Below are positions 34,044-44,364 of a DNA stretch of 60,522 nt, piece after piece. Below the pieces are notes generated by a model. That model was not told where the DNA came from. It worked only from the letters and a program-made list of their open reading frames with translations, and searched no databases. This stretch comes from a virus (lineage: Duplodnaviria > Caudoviricetes). Location: positions 1-60,522 of IMG/VR virus record IMGVR_UViG_3300010373_000011; one strand, written 5' to 3'. Made by a program: the position numbers and the translations under genes. Positions within the stretch are counted from its first letter, which is position 1; each line of letters opens with the position of its first letter.

Positions 34044-36371
34044 ATGCCGCGCCGAGGTGATACAGCCCGTCTGTACGATGCCGTAATTGATGCCGGTAAG
34101 GCCGTGGCATCGCTTAGCATCACGTCGCTGGACGAACTAGACGCCAAGGCCGCAAGTCCCGCCCTGAAAAAGATGAACGTCAGTTCCGGGCAAGCCGGGA
34201 TGGCGCACCTCGTCGGCCCCTGGGGCTATGGCGGCTACGGCGTCCAACCGCTCAGCAAGTCAGAGCAAATCCTTCACTTCCGCGAATGGAACTACAGGTG
34301 TATCGATTACATCTGCGCCCGCATCGCGAAGACCCCGCCGACGCCGGTACTCACAATCCAGGCGAGCGAAGAAAAAGCATGGCGGATGCAAGAGAAGGCG
34401 TTTTTGCGTGGCCGGGGGACGATGCCGGAAGCTCGCGCCATCGCCCCGCAGTGGTGGAAAACAAAATCGATTGGCCCCGCGAAAGCCCACGAAGAATACG
34501 AATTCCTGGATAACGACGATCCGTTGACGAGGTTATTAGCGCATCCCAACGACCCCGAAACCGGTGTGTCGCTGTGGTACGAGGCGGAGCTGTTCAACTG
34601 TCTCACCGGCGAAGATTTCATTTGGATGGTGACGGACGATGCCGGCCGGGTATCCGAGCTCTGGGTGATTCCGTCGAACTGGGTACGGCCTATCTGTCTC
34701 GGCAAGGATCGGCTGGTTGATTACTTCGAAGTCTCGCCGCGCGGCAGTACCTCGGGCGTCGTGCGATTCGCTCCCGAAGAGATCATCTGGAACAAGATGC
34801 CGAGCCCGCTGTCCAAGATTTACGCGACCAGTCCCCTGCAAGCAATCGCTAACTCCGTCGACACCTACGAGAAGACCATCGCGGCTCGCAACTTCGGCCT
34901 CGACAACGGCGTGAATGTGATGGGCGTGGTGCAGACGGCACCGGCGGCTACCGGTCTACTCGATGAATCGATCATCAATCGTTTGGAATCGCGCTTCCTC
35001 AAGAAGTACGCTGGTGTGGGAAATTTCGGTCGGCCGTTGATCCTGGAGGGCGGTTTGCAGTGGGTGCCGCCGCCGGGTGAAACGGAACTCGCGTTTATGA
35101 GTTCGGCGGACCAGGGCCGCCGCTGGCTCATGGCCCAGTGGGGGCTCGACGAGGTTGTGCTGGGATTCGCTTCGGTGGCGAATCGGGCCGCGATGGTGGC
35201 CGCCATCGCGAATACGGGCCTATCGGCAATCGATCCGCGGCGGCAGCGGCGGGCAATGGTGCTCACGGAAAAGCTTGCCAAACTGTTCGATGATCGGGCG
35301 AAGATTTTTTACGAGGACGACACGCCGGTTGATCCGGACTCGCGGCGTGCGGATTTCCAGGCGGCGACGGCGGCGAACGCGGCTTCCCCGAACGATTGGC
35401 GAACGCACATATTGCAGCTGGAGGCGTGGCCGGAAGAGATTTACGACCGACCGTTGATTGCGCCGGGGCTCGGAAATCCGGGGGAGACGCCGGAACAGTG
35501 GGACGGCGAGGGGGGCGGAGGTCTAGGAGGCGAACCGGCGATGAATGCCCCATTCGATGGGATGCAGGATGACGACGAGTTCCTTCCCAGCCCGACCGAA
35601 AAAACCCTCAATCTAACGACGAAGCATGGCGCGCCGCCGCGGCCGGGGCTCGTTTTCGATGAATCTTCGCATCGCTGGGTTCGCCCCGAAGATTTGAAGA
35701 ATGGACGGAAGCCGGCAGCGAAGCCCGATAAATCGACCGAGGACGGCGGCGCTGAAGACGATGCCAATGCCAGGATGAGTGCGCAGGCGAAAGAGATCGT
35801 TGGCAAGATCAAGAAGAGCAAGGTGCGTGCTGCTGATTCACCGCAGACAACGAAAATGGATAGCCGACTCGCGGGTGCCATAGGCGAAGAGATCATCATT
35901 CAGCATCTCAAGTCCATTGGCTATAAAGACGCGCAGCACACTTCGGAGTTCATGAAGACGGGCAAAAACAATCTGCCGATGGACCTCGTTCACGATCATC
36001 GGCTCATCGAGGCGAAGTGCGGTCAGGCGAATAACCCCGATGGCGTGTGGGCACTCAAGTACGATGGTCGATTTACCAAGGAACAAGAGGCATCTTTCGA
36101 GAAGATGCACCCCGACGAAGTCAAGGCGGCAAAGAAGAAAATCAATGCCGCGAAGGTGAAGGGGATTCATACCAGAAAGAGTGCTTTTGTTGTGGAAGTC
36201 AACAAAAAACTTGGAACAAAAAACGGGGTGAAAGCGATCATGATGACCGTGCTTTTAAACCCCAATACAAAGACTGCCGACATCTATCAATTTGAGGGAA
36301 TTCATGATAGAATAGCCTTCAAGTCCGACATGGCGAAAAGCGGTTACGTGGGGAGTGTGAAGTATGGATGA
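34044..36371 (+). CDS. Portal protein with C-terminal PD-(D/E)XK nuclease-like extension
   Basis: HK97-like portal (LLAHPN, ELWVIPSNWV, SPLQAI, PLILEGG); tail GAIGEEII...PMDLVHDHRLIEAKCG. Confidence 0.85.
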   Translation: MPRRGDTARLYDAVIDAGKAVASLSITSLDELDAKAASPALKKMNVSSGQAGMAHLVGPWGYGGYGVQPLSKSEQILHFREWNYRCIDYICARIAKTPPTPVLTIQASEEKAWRMQEKAFLRGRGTMPEARAIAPQWWKTKSIGPAKAHEEYEFLDNDDPLTRLLAHPNDPETGVSLWYEAELFNCLTGEDFIWMVTDDAGRVSELWVIPSNWVRPICLGKDRLVDYFEVSPRGSTSGVVRFAPEEIIWNKMPSPLSKIYATSPLQAIANSVDTYEKTIAARNFGLDNGVNVMGVVQTAPAATGLLDESIINRLESRFLKKYAGVGNFGRPLILEGGLQWVPPPGETELAFMSSADQGRRWLMAQWGLDEVVLGFASVANRAAMVAAIANTGLSAIDPRRQRRAMVLTEKLAKLFDDRAKIFYEDDTPVDPDSRRADFQAATAANAASPNDWRTHILQLEAWPEEIYDRPLIAPGLGNPGETPEQWDGEGGGGLGGEPAMNAPFDGMQDDDEFLPSPTEKTLNLTTKHGAPPRPGLVFDESSHRWVRPEDLKNGRKPAAKPDKSTEDGGAEDDANARMSAQAKEIVGKIKKSKVRAADSPQTTKMDSRLAGAIGEEIIIQHLKSIGYKDAQHTSEFMKTGKNNLPMDLVHDHRLIEAKCGQANNPDGVWALKYDGRFTKEQEASFEKMHPDEVKAAKKKINAAKVKGIHTRKSAFVVEVNKKLGTKNGVKAIMMTVLLNPNTKTADIYQFEGIHDRIAFKSDMAKSGYVGSVKYG

Positions 36372-36525
36372 CGACGTTGAAATTCCTGGTTTTTCCGACA
36401 AAGATATCGAGCAACAACTCTCCGGATACTTCGCTCAAATCGAATCGGATTATGCGGCGCAAGTAGAGCCTACCGTGGGGCATTTCGAGAACAAGAAACC
36501 GGAAGAACCGTCCGATGCCGATTGA
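36364..36525 (+). CDS. Small acidic protein (53 aa, not in ORF track), candidate immunity protein
   Basis: MDDDVEIPGFSDKDIEQQLSGYFAQIESDYAAQ...; overlaps portal stop and MuF start. Confidence 0.6.
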   Translation: MDDDVEIPGFSDKDIEQQLSGYFAQIESDYAAQVEPTVGHFENKKPEEPSDAD

Positions 36526-37237
36526 CCCCCTTCACGGCCGCCGCATCCCATCCGGCTATCGCTTAGCCCGCGTCGTTCGCGATGTACTACTCCGGATGCT
36601 CAGACACGCTCAAGCTGCGGTGCGGGCCGGCCACGTCCCGGACTTCGCCGCGTTCGAGGAGCCGCTATTCAAGGCCATGCTGCCGATCCTGCTGCATGAG
36701 TGGCAGCTGGGTCGCGAACAAGTAGCGCGGGAGATTCGGAAGCGAGTATCCCGCAAAAGCATTTTGAGCAACCTCGGCATCCGTTTGGAGACTTCGCTGA
36801 ATCTCATTCGCGAAGCCGTGCCGAGGGCGATCCAGCAGGCCATTCTTGCCGTTGTCGGCTCAATCACCGAATCGCTCAAGCAGGAAGTCCGCGACCGCAT
36901 GGAATCGGGTTTGCGGGCCGGCGCTAGCAACGCATCAATAGCCGATTCACTCACCACGGTTTTTACGCCTCAACGGGCGGCAACGATAGCGGCGACGGAA
37001 GCCTCACGAGCGATGCACGCGGGCGAAGCGGAGTATGCGAACGAGGCCGGGGCCACGGGTCTGGAATGGCTGGCGAGTTCGGATGCGTGCGACCGATGCT
37101 TGGAGTTATCGGATAAGCGGGTGAAATTCGGCGAGCCGTTCGTGGTGCTGACCGCAGGCGCGCCGGAATACCGACAGGTGATGTATCCGCCGCTGCATCC
37201 GAATTGCATGTGTTCGACAAAGACTTGGTGGAAGTGA
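36515..37237 (+). CDS. MuF-like minor head protein
   Basis: RAATIAATEASRA, EWLASSDACDRC, PPLHPNCMC. Confidence 0.88.
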   Translation: MPIDPLHGRRIPSGYRLARVVRDVLLRMLRHAQAAVRAGHVPDFAAFEEPLFKAMLPILLHEWQLGREQVAREIRKRVSRKSILSNLGIRLETSLNLIREAVPRAIQQAILAVVGSITESLKQEVRDRMESGLRAGASNASIADSLTTVFTPQRAATIAATEASRAMHAGEAEYANEAGATGLEWLASSDACDRCLELSDKRVKFGEPFVVLTAGAPEYRQVMYPPLHPNCMCSTKTWWK

Positions 37238-37270
37238 GGGCAGGCAAGCGAGTGATTCACAATATCACTC

Positions 37271-38476
37271 ATGGCCGCCCTGTGTCTCAAACTCGCCTCG
37301 GAAGCATCCTACGATAACGCTCGTTCATGTCTACGCATCGTCGCCTCATCTCCCGAGCCAGACGCTGACGGCGAAGTTGTTACCCCTTCGACATTGCGGC
37401 TCGACAATTACCGCCGGAATCCGGTGGTTCTCTGGGCGCACGATCAAAAGACATTTCCCATCGCGAAATGCGAAGACCCGGCGGGCAACTTCACTTGCTA
37501 TGTCGATGACATGGGACGACTGATCCAGGATTGGTATTTCGCTGACACCACGGAAGCCCGCTACGTCGAAAGCCTCTATCGGCAGGGCGTGTTGCGCGGC
37601 GCTTCTGTGGGCTTCGTCCCGGACGGCTACAAGATTCTGTCGGCGGAAAAAGCGGCCCAGATATTCGGTGTGCGAAAACAATTGCGGATCGTCACCGGTG
37701 GCGAGTTGCGCGAGACGAGCGCCGTCCCAGTGCCATCGTGTCCGGGCGCTCTGGCGTTCGGCTGGATCGATCGCGCTGCGGTGCCGGAAGTGATGCGGCG
37801 CAGCCCCAGCGGGATCATCACAAAGAGCCTTCGTACCTACTTCCCGATTGTGCAGGCAAGACAGCGGCGAGAATCCAAATTGTTGGAAGTGATGAATGCG
37901 ATCAAGGGTTGCGGAGATAACATCGTGAGCGCTACTGCAACGACCACGGCAACCACGGAAGTTACCCCAACTCCTGCACCTGTCACTGCCGCGCCCGCTC
38001 CGGTCGCCGAGACTGCCGAACAACTCGCCGCGAAAGCCGCGTTGCTCAAAAAGGAGATGGATTCCACGAGCGACGCCAACGGCGGCGAAGGGGTTTCGGC
38101 CGGCGAGAAGGCCAAGGAGGTTTTCAAAGACCTCGCTCATTCTTACGTGGATCGCATGTTCGAGAGCGGCGAAGACGAAGAGCACAAGGCGTGCATGACC
38201 GGCATCAAGATGGCGCACGCCGATCATCTCAAATACAAGGCGCTCGAGGAGAGCGACGAAGACGAAGGCGAGGGTGAGGGCGACGGTGAAGGCGAGGGCG
38301 AGGAAGGTAACGCCGATGCCGAAGGTGAAAAGTCGCTGGCGGAATTGGTAACGAAGGCGATGAACGATGTGATCGCCCCGCTGGTGCAAAAGGTGGAGGA
38401 CTTGGCGAAGGCCGTCGAGGATCGCCCCACGGCGGAAGAAGTGATGAGCGCCATGAGCAAACTTCAGGCGGCCTGA
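37271..38476 (+). CDS. HK97-type prohead protease with scaffold-like acidic tail
   Basis: NPVVLWAHD, GASVGF, LRETSAVPVP. Confidence 0.88.
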   Translation: MAALCLKLASEASYDNARSCLRIVASSPEPDADGEVVTPSTLRLDNYRRNPVVLWAHDQKTFPIAKCEDPAGNFTCYVDDMGRLIQDWYFADTTEARYVESLYRQGVLRGASVGFVPDGYKILSAEKAAQIFGVRKQLRIVTGGELRETSAVPVPSCPGALAFGWIDRAAVPEVMRRSPSGIITKSLRTYFPIVQARQRRESKLLEVMNAIKGCGDNIVSATATTTATTEVTPTPAPVTAAPAPVAETAEQLAAKAALLKKEMDSTSDANGGEGVSAGEKAKEVFKDLAHSYVDRMFESGEDEEHKACMTGIKMAHADHLKYKALEESDEDEGEGEGDGEGEGEEGNADAEGEKSLAELVTKAMNDVIAPLVQKVEDLAKAVEDRPTAEEVMSAMSKLQAA

Positions 38477-38649
38477 TGCACGACAAACCGGACACAATGG
38501 CGCTGGCTCACAAGGCGCTCGACACCGCGATTGCTCAGGCTCGGGAGTTCGGACAGACCGGGCACGTATTTATTCGCGTGGACATTCGGGAAGGGACGCC
38601 GAATGGTATCCCGAAGATTGGCGGGGAGCTGTCGGCGAGGGTGCGATGA
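38476..38649 (+). CDS. Small hypothetical protein (57 aa, not in ORF track)
   Basis: TGATG coupling upstream and ATGA downstream. Confidence 0.55.
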   Translation: MHDKPDTMALAHKALDTAIAQAREFGQTGHVFIRVDIREGTPNGIPKIGGELSARVR

Positions 38650-38882
38650 GTAGGAAACATCAATCGCAACCTCAACAGTCAACGGCTGTGCCGCCAGCGC
38701 CACCAGCGCCACCAACCGTTGAGCCAACGTGCGGCGATTGCAAGCATTGGAAGCGGCAGAATGCCGACCTTGGCGAGTGTCGAGAATCGCCGCCGTGCAT
38801 CTTTGTGGAAACCGGCCCTATCGTCGTCTACGGGCGCGTTCGGGCCAGCAACCCGGCATGTAGTCGGATTGCCTTGAAGTAA
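38646..38882 (+). CDS. Small Cys-motif protein
   Basis: CGDCKHW...GECRESPP. Confidence 0.6.
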   Translation: MSRKHQSQPQQSTAVPPAPPAPPTVEPTCGDCKHWKRQNADLGECRESPPCIFVETGPIVVYGRVRASNPACSRIALK

Positions 38883-38966
38883 GTTTCGAAGCATCACACG
38901 TCAGGCACCTGACGCCCCATCGCACGATGGCAAGCGCGGCCCCTGGTTTTACCGGGAGCCCGCGCA

Positions 38967-40382
38967 ATGGCCAAGCTCGATGAACTCGTCAGCAAGACGC
39001 TCGCCACGAAGAAGCCGGTGCCTCACGGGCGCACCCGCGGCACGGGCAAACTCGCGCCGCTCATCGCAAAGGCCGCGACCATCACGGCTCGCACCGGCCA
39101 ACTCAGCGATTCCGCCGCTGGTGTGAGCATTCAGAAGGCGATGGCCTATTGCTCCGGCAACGCGAACCGAGATGACCCGGAAGTGCGGGAGGCCGTCGAA
39201 CTCTCTCGCAAGATCGGCGAGGTGTACGGTGCGTTCTACCCATTCCACAATTCGCCGGGGTCGCTGTTGGTTCCGGCCTCGGTTGGGTTCCTGCCAACCG
39301 TCAGTCCGCAAGGCTACGGCATCCCTGGCGCTGGCGAACTCAAGAAGGAAATCAATCAGCGCATCCTCACGGTCAAGGGCATCGACCCCGATGAACTCTC
39401 GCACATTGCGGGGCGTGGCGGCGACCTCGGGCACCTGGCGACGAAATCTCTGAACACGCTCAGCGACCTCACCGGCGGTTCCACGGTGCCGCCGCCGAGC
39501 CTCGGCGACCTCATTGACCTGCAACGCAATCTCGAAGTGTTCAGCCGCTCCGGGGCAACGAACGTCACGCTGCCGCCCAACGGCAGGATCCAGTATCCGA
39601 AGTTGACCGGCGGGGCAACGGCCTTCTGGGTCGGCGAAGGCGGCACAATCACCGCCTCGCAAGAGAAGACGGGCTCCCTGTCTCTGAGCGCCAAGAAACT
39701 GGCTCTTCGCGTGCCGCTGACAACCGAGCTCATCAAGTTCAGCGATCAAAACGTTGACAGCATGGTGCGGGTGGACATGGCCCGCCAGGGCGCGTTGCTC
39801 GCGGACCTGGCCCAACTCCAGGGCACCGGCGGCACGCAGATCAAGGGGCTCATCACCTATCCGACCGCAACGGCCTGGACCCAGAACGTCGATTCGTTAC
39901 TGGCCTATACGGTGACGGGGAACAAGTTCCAGCCGACCGACGTGGCCGGGATGTGGGGTCTGTTGCCCGACGAGATTACCGACGGCCTGACGTGGGTCAT
40001 GCGGAAGCAAATGTGGACGGCGATTCGCAATCGCCGCGCCGACGGGCCGATCCCCGGCGACGGTGCCGGCGCGTTCGTGTTCAACGGGTTCTCGCGCGGC
40101 ATCGCCGAGGGCGGCTTGTCCCAGGCCACGGAACTCGATTCCTCGAAGGTCGTGTGGTCCAGCCAGGTTTCCGCGGCGCGCGGCAACGGCTCGCAGACGT
40201 TCATCATCCTCGGATACTTCCCGGATTGGTTGGTGGGGCGTCTCGGCGTGATGGAGTTCATGACGAACCCGTACAACCTGATGTCCACGATGACGACCGA
40301 GATTTATTGCTTCCAATTTATCGATGCCGGCCCGCGCCACGCGGCCAGCTTCGCGTTCGCGGATAACGTCAATATCGCGTAA
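38967..40382 (+). CDS. Major capsid protein (HK97 fold)
   Basis: GGSTVPP, YPKLTGGATAFWVGEG, LSAKKL, GTGGTQIKGL; position. Confidence 0.9.
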   Translation: MAKLDELVSKTLATKKPVPHGRTRGTGKLAPLIAKAATITARTGQLSDSAAGVSIQKAMAYCSGNANRDDPEVREAVELSRKIGEVYGAFYPFHNSPGSLLVPASVGFLPTVSPQGYGIPGAGELKKEINQRILTVKGIDPDELSHIAGRGGDLGHLATKSLNTLSDLTGGSTVPPPSLGDLIDLQRNLEVFSRSGATNVTLPPNGRIQYPKLTGGATAFWVGEGGTITASQEKTGSLSLSAKKLALRVPLTTELIKFSDQNVDSMVRVDMARQGALLADLAQLQGTGGTQIKGLITYPTATAWTQNVDSLLAYTVTGNKFQPTDVAGMWGLLPDEITDGLTWVMRKQMWTAIRNRRADGPIPGDGAGAFVFNGFSRGIAEGGLSQATELDSSKVVWSSQVSAARGNGSQTFIILGYFPDWLVGRLGVMEFMTNPYNLMSTMTTEIYCFQFIDAGPRHAASFAFADNVNIA

Positions 40383-40430
40383 GGCAACGGCAATCCTTCG
40401 ATCACCTGCTTTTAATTCGGAGCTTCGAAC

Positions 40431-40829
40431 ATGGCGATGTACTTTCACGATCCCTCGACGAACCTCATCGCCGGCGGGTCGATTGTCGAGGGCGCACAGA
40501 TAACCTCGACGGCGACCGGTACAGGCGTGGATATGCTCCAGGGCGACGGCCTCTGTTCCGTCGAAGTCTCCAACGGCGTCATCACGGACGGCACGCACAC
40601 GATCTCGGTACAAGAGTCCGCCGACAACGTGACGTTCTCGACGATCACGATTCCGGACGATTCCGCCATCGTGCTGACGAGCGCCACGGTAAGCGGCTCA
40701 GTGCAATATGTGAGCTTCCAGCGAACACTCCGCTATCTGCGGGTGGTCTCGACAGTTACCGGCTCGCCGGGCACTGGCGGTTACTACTCGGCGCGAGCGA
40801 TGGAACAAAAGAAGTACATCTCGCAGTAA
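40431..40829 (+). CDS. Putative head decoration protein
   Basis: TGTGVDM...VQESAD...LRYLRVV; directly after MCP. Confidence 0.6.
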   Translation: MAMYFHDPSTNLIAGGSIVEGAQITSTATGTGVDMLQGDGLCSVEVSNGVITDGTHTISVQESADNVTFSTITIPDDSAIVLTSATVSGSVQYVSFQRTLRYLRVVSTVTGSPGTGGYYSARAMEQKKYISQ

Positions 40830-40875
40830 ATCACTGCGAAGAGACTCAAGCACTTTCTTCTCGGGGGGCCACGCC

Positions 40876-41646
40876 GTGGCACAGGACAGCAAGACGACGA
40901 CGAACATCACCACGTCTTCGACGGCGTGCCCGACCACCCTTGCCGCCACGGATACCGAGGCCATTTGGTCCGCCGGGGCCGGAACCTGGACCGGCGTCAC
41001 CGGCAAGACTCAAGTTTCGTTCGATGGAACCAGCTACATCGATTGCCCGTCATTCGACAGCACTGGTGCTTATGTCGCGGCCGGCACTACGATCACGCTT
41101 TCGGATAGTACGCCGAAGTTCGGGCGCATATACAACATCGAGGGCATGAAGTCTGTCCAGTTCCTCGCCACGGGGTTCGCCAGTGGCTCGTGCCCGATGA
41201 CTGTGGCCTCTGGTGTGTTCGGCACTGCTCCAGTGGCCCCGGTGACGGGCGGCCAACTGAATGCAACTCCGGCATCCGTAGCCGCCTCCGGAGCAATCAC
41301 CACGTCGAGCCCTTCGGCTGCGTTCGGCTATGCTGCGGGCGCTGGAGCCGCCGTAACGCAGATCACGGGACGCACCACGGGCGTCACGGCCAACGCGAAC
41401 ACCGGTGCGATCACGCTCATTTCCGCAGCGGGCTCGGCGACGCCGTTCACGTTCACCGTCACGAACTCTTCGGTCGCGGCGAAAGATACCGTCATTGTGA
41501 GCCAGAAGTCGGGCACCGACGCTTATAGCGCCGTGGTGTCGGCCGTTGCCGCTGGTTCGTTCAAACTCACGATTACCGATCTCACGGGCACCACGACGGA
41601 GCAACCGGTATTCAACTTCGCGGTCGTCAAGGGCCAGAGTTCTTGA
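40876..41646 (+). CDS. Thr/Ala-rich virion protein
   Basis: AVTQITGRTTGVT...FTVTNSSVAAKD...FNFAVVK beta-rich domain. Confidence 0.6.
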   Translation: MAQDSKTTTNITTSSTACPTTLAATDTEAIWSAGAGTWTGVTGKTQVSFDGTSYIDCPSFDSTGAYVAAGTTITLSDSTPKFGRIYNIEGMKSVQFLATGFASGSCPMTVASGVFGTAPVAPVTGGQLNATPASVAASGAITTSSPSAAFGYAAGAGAAVTQITGRTTGVTANANTGAITLISAAGSATPFTFTVTNSSVAAKDTVIVSQKSGTDAYSAVVSAVAAGSFKLTITDLTGTTTEQPVFNFAVVKGQSS

Positions 41647-41649
41647 TCG

Positions 41650-42375
41650 ATGCTCGCCACTCTTCCGCAGTTGAAATCCTTTCTCGGCATCACAACCACT
41701 GACGACGACACTCAGTGGTTGTCTTGTCTAGCGGCCGCCGACGCCGCCGTGAAAAAATATCTCCATTGGAACCCGGAACAGACAGTAGGCATCGTCAAGT
41801 TCCTTGATGGAACCGGCGTCGCTGAATTGGTGATGCCAGGTCTACCCGTATCACTCGCAGTATCCGAAGTTCGGGTGGACATCAACGGCGGTTACGGTCA
41901 AGTTCCCAATTCATTTGGAGACGATACCATTTTGGTTCTTGGGGTCAATTACCTCGTCGATGCCGAGAATGGCATCTTGCGAATGTATTTGATGCCACAA
42001 TTAGGTTGGTGGTTGTTCCCGCAAGGCAATCAGCTTGGCCCCACGATCTATTGGGGTGGTCTCTCGCGAAGTGGCGTTGTGCCGGCCTACTGGCCGCGCA
42101 TTCCCGGCAGCGTGAAAGTCACCTACACGAACGGTTATTCTTCGATCCCTGCGGACTTGCAGATGGCGACGTGTCAGTTGGCGGCGGCGATCTTCCGCAA
42201 CTCGCCGCTCGGCGGCAACCTCATGGCCACGAGCGATTCCTACATCGACGTGACCGAATCGTACTCGCAAATTCAAGTTGAGGCGTATGGGTTGTTGCAG
42301 TTGCCAGCATTGGGAACGACTCGCCAATTGCTTGCGGCTTACCGTGAGCCGGTCATCGCCGGGGGTATCCGGTGA
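41650..42375 (+). CDS. Head-tail connector (adaptor)
   Basis: LATLPQLKSFLGI...DD; VKVTYTNGYSSIPADLQMA. Confidence 0.8.
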   Translation: MLATLPQLKSFLGITTTDDDTQWLSCLAAADAAVKKYLHWNPEQTVGIVKFLDGTGVAELVMPGLPVSLAVSEVRVDINGGYGQVPNSFGDDTILVLGVNYLVDAENGILRMYLMPQLGWWLFPQGNQLGPTIYWGGLSRSGVVPAYWPRIPGSVKVTYTNGYSSIPADLQMATCQLAAAIFRNSPLGGNLMATSDSYIDVTESYSQIQVEAYGLLQLPALGTTRQLLAAYREPVIAGGIR

Positions 42376-43040
42376 ATGCTTCGCGACTGCGGAATCTGTG
42401 GTCGATCATGCCGGATAGGGCGACCTTGGGTTATCAGGTCCAGCCCAGCCTCGGGGTGTATGCAGCGGCCGTGCCGGTCAATGATTGTTGGTGGCGGCCC
42501 GCCCAAACGGATGAACTCTTGCCATCCTTCGGCGTGGCCGTGCGGTCGCTGCGAACGTGGTTCATTCCGAAGACAAAGACTACTATTGTTCCGGCTATCG
42601 GCGACCTGATTACGAATGCCGTTACCGCGATTGATCCGGTGGTATATCCCTGGGTCGTGACGGGTCTGCAAGATGTTGGCGCGCTCGGCACCTGGCGGCT
42701 CGATTCCATTTCGCTGAGTCTGCAAGCGAACCTCCGTGGTTCGCTCACGTTTTCGCGGCCGGATGATGCGGTCGATTCATCCTATCGTCCATTCCCGATC
42801 TACACGGAGTACGCAACGGCCATCCCGAGCCGCGTTCAGCCCGAGGATGGCAGCGCCGTTGAAGTGTTCGACCGCATTACCCTGCCGAGCAAGTTCACGG
42901 CTGTACTAGGCGTGCGGGTGGCCGTGCGTGCGAAGGATCGGGCCGTCGATGACAACGGGAACACGTACACGATCTTGTCATCCGAGATGCCGGAGCGGTT
43001 GGACGAGATGCAGAGGCTTGCGCTCGAGGTAATCTTGTAG
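42372..43040 (+). CDS. Putative head closure protein
   Basis: Synteny. Confidence 0.5.
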   Translation: MNASRLRNLWSIMPDRATLGYQVQPSLGVYAAAVPVNDCWWRPAQTDELLPSFGVAVRSLRTWFIPKTKTTIVPAIGDLITNAVTAIDPVVYPWVVTGLQDVGALGTWRLDSISLSLQANLRGSLTFSRPDDAVDSSYRPFPIYTEYATAIPSRVQPEDGSAVEVFDRITLPSKFTAVLGVRVAVRAKDRAVDDNGNTYTILSSEMPERLDEMQRLALEVIL

Positions 43041-43082
43041 TTCGCGGTTTGGGCAGGCAACGGGCAACCGAAAATCCTCTAC

Positions 43083-43448
43083 ATGGACTTCGCGGCACTC
43101 ATCGCGCGATTGCAGGCGGAAGCGAAGCAGCGACTAGCGAAGGCCGCGAGCCACCTGGCGAACCAGCTGAAAGAAGTCCTGAGCGTACCGGCCCCGCGGG
43201 TGAAGAAACGCGGTCGGCAAGCACGGGCCGCAACGCCAGCTATCCCCGGTGCGCCGCCGCGAAAGCTCACCGGACGACTACGGGCTAGCATCGCGTGGGT
43301 TGTGTCCGCTGACGGCATGACGGCGACGGTCGGAACGAACGTGATTTACGGGGCTGTGCACGAGCACGGATTGCATCCCTGGCTCATGGTGACGTTTCAG
43401 CGGGAGAGGGCGGCAATCGATGCGATCCTGAACGGCGGCGGGGCATGA
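43083..43448 (+). CDS. Neck/tail completion protein (HK97 gp10-like)
   Basis: PGAPPRKLTGRLRASI...VGTNVIYGAVHEHG...PWL. Confidence 0.75.
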   Translation: MDFAALIARLQAEAKQRLAKAASHLANQLKEVLSVPAPRVKKRGRQARAATPAIPGAPPRKLTGRLRASIAWVVSADGMTATVGTNVIYGAVHEHGLHPWLMVTFQRERAAIDAILNGGGA

Positions 43449-43894
43449 GTGCTTTCGTCCTCGATGACGTGGCGAAGTTGGTTGGCGATCGCTGTACGAG
43501 TTCCACGCTGTTCACCGGGGCGATTCCCGGCGGCTCGTTTTACGGTCGTGCTCCTGACGCACCTGCGGCTTATCCCTATGCGGTGTTCTGGTTCGAGCGG
43601 CGGGGTGAACCGCAGCGGCAGACGGACGGTTCGAGTTGGCAACTGTACACGCTGCGGATGGCGGCGTATTGCCCGCCGAGTTCATCGGGGCAAGACCCCG
43701 GCAGCGTACAAGCGGGCATGGACGACGCCTTGACGAAAAATCCGACGACCTGGGCCACGATGCCGGCGGGAAGCGTGGTTCATTGTCTCGCCGAACCGTT
43801 CGACGGGAAGTTCGCGAAGGAACTGCGGCAGGCTCAAGACGTGTTCGTGGTTGGTGGCCAGTGGGTAATGGCGCTGGCTCAGTATCTCCCATAG
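43445..43894 (+). CDS. Tail terminator-like protein
   Basis: YGRAP...YPYAVF; synteny. Confidence 0.6.
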   Translation: MSAFVLDDVAKLVGDRCTSSTLFTGAIPGGSFYGRAPDAPAAYPYAVFWFERRGEPQRQTDGSSWQLYTLRMAAYCPPSSSGQDPGSVQAGMDDALTKNPTTWATMPAGSVVHCLAEPFDGKFAKELRQAQDVFVVGGQWVMALAQYLP

Positions 43895-43904
43895 CGAGGT
43901 TGCG

Positions 43905-44315
43905 ATGGCAGACGTAACGATCACGGCCGCGAATGTCCAAACGAGCAGCGCCCAGACGAAATCCGGAATCGCTGGCGTTGCCATCACCGCCGGCCAATCG
44001 CTTTACCAAAGCGCCGCCGACAGCAACAAGCTTCACCTCGCGAAAGCGGATACGAGCATCGACGCGGCTTGCGTCGGCGTCGCGCTGAACAACGCCGCCG
44101 CCGGCCAACCCGTGTTCTACCAGGCTCAAGGGCTCATCACCATCGGCGGAACGGTAGTCATTGGTACGCCCTACGTGGTGAGCGGCGCGAACGCAGGCGG
44201 CATTGCGCCGTGGTCCGATCTCGTGACGGGCAACAAGGTGACGTTCATCGGCTACGCGACTACGGCCGGCATCCTGAACCTCGCGATCCAGAACACCGGC
44301 GTCGCCAGCCCGTAA
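43905..44315 (+). CDS. Virion structural protein (cement-like)
   Basis: MADVTITAANV...AGVAITAGQSLY...GVALN. Confidence 0.6.
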   Translation: MADVTITAANVQTSSAQTKSGIAGVAITAGQSLYQSAADSNKLHLAKADTSIDAACVGVALNNAAAGQPVFYQAQGLITIGGTVVIGTPYVVSGANAGGIAPWSDLVTGNKVTFIGYATTAGILNLAIQNTGVASP

Positions 44316-44364
44316 TCGGTCACGACATCGCGAGAAGTGAATCCAGTTACCGGGAGCCCGCGCA

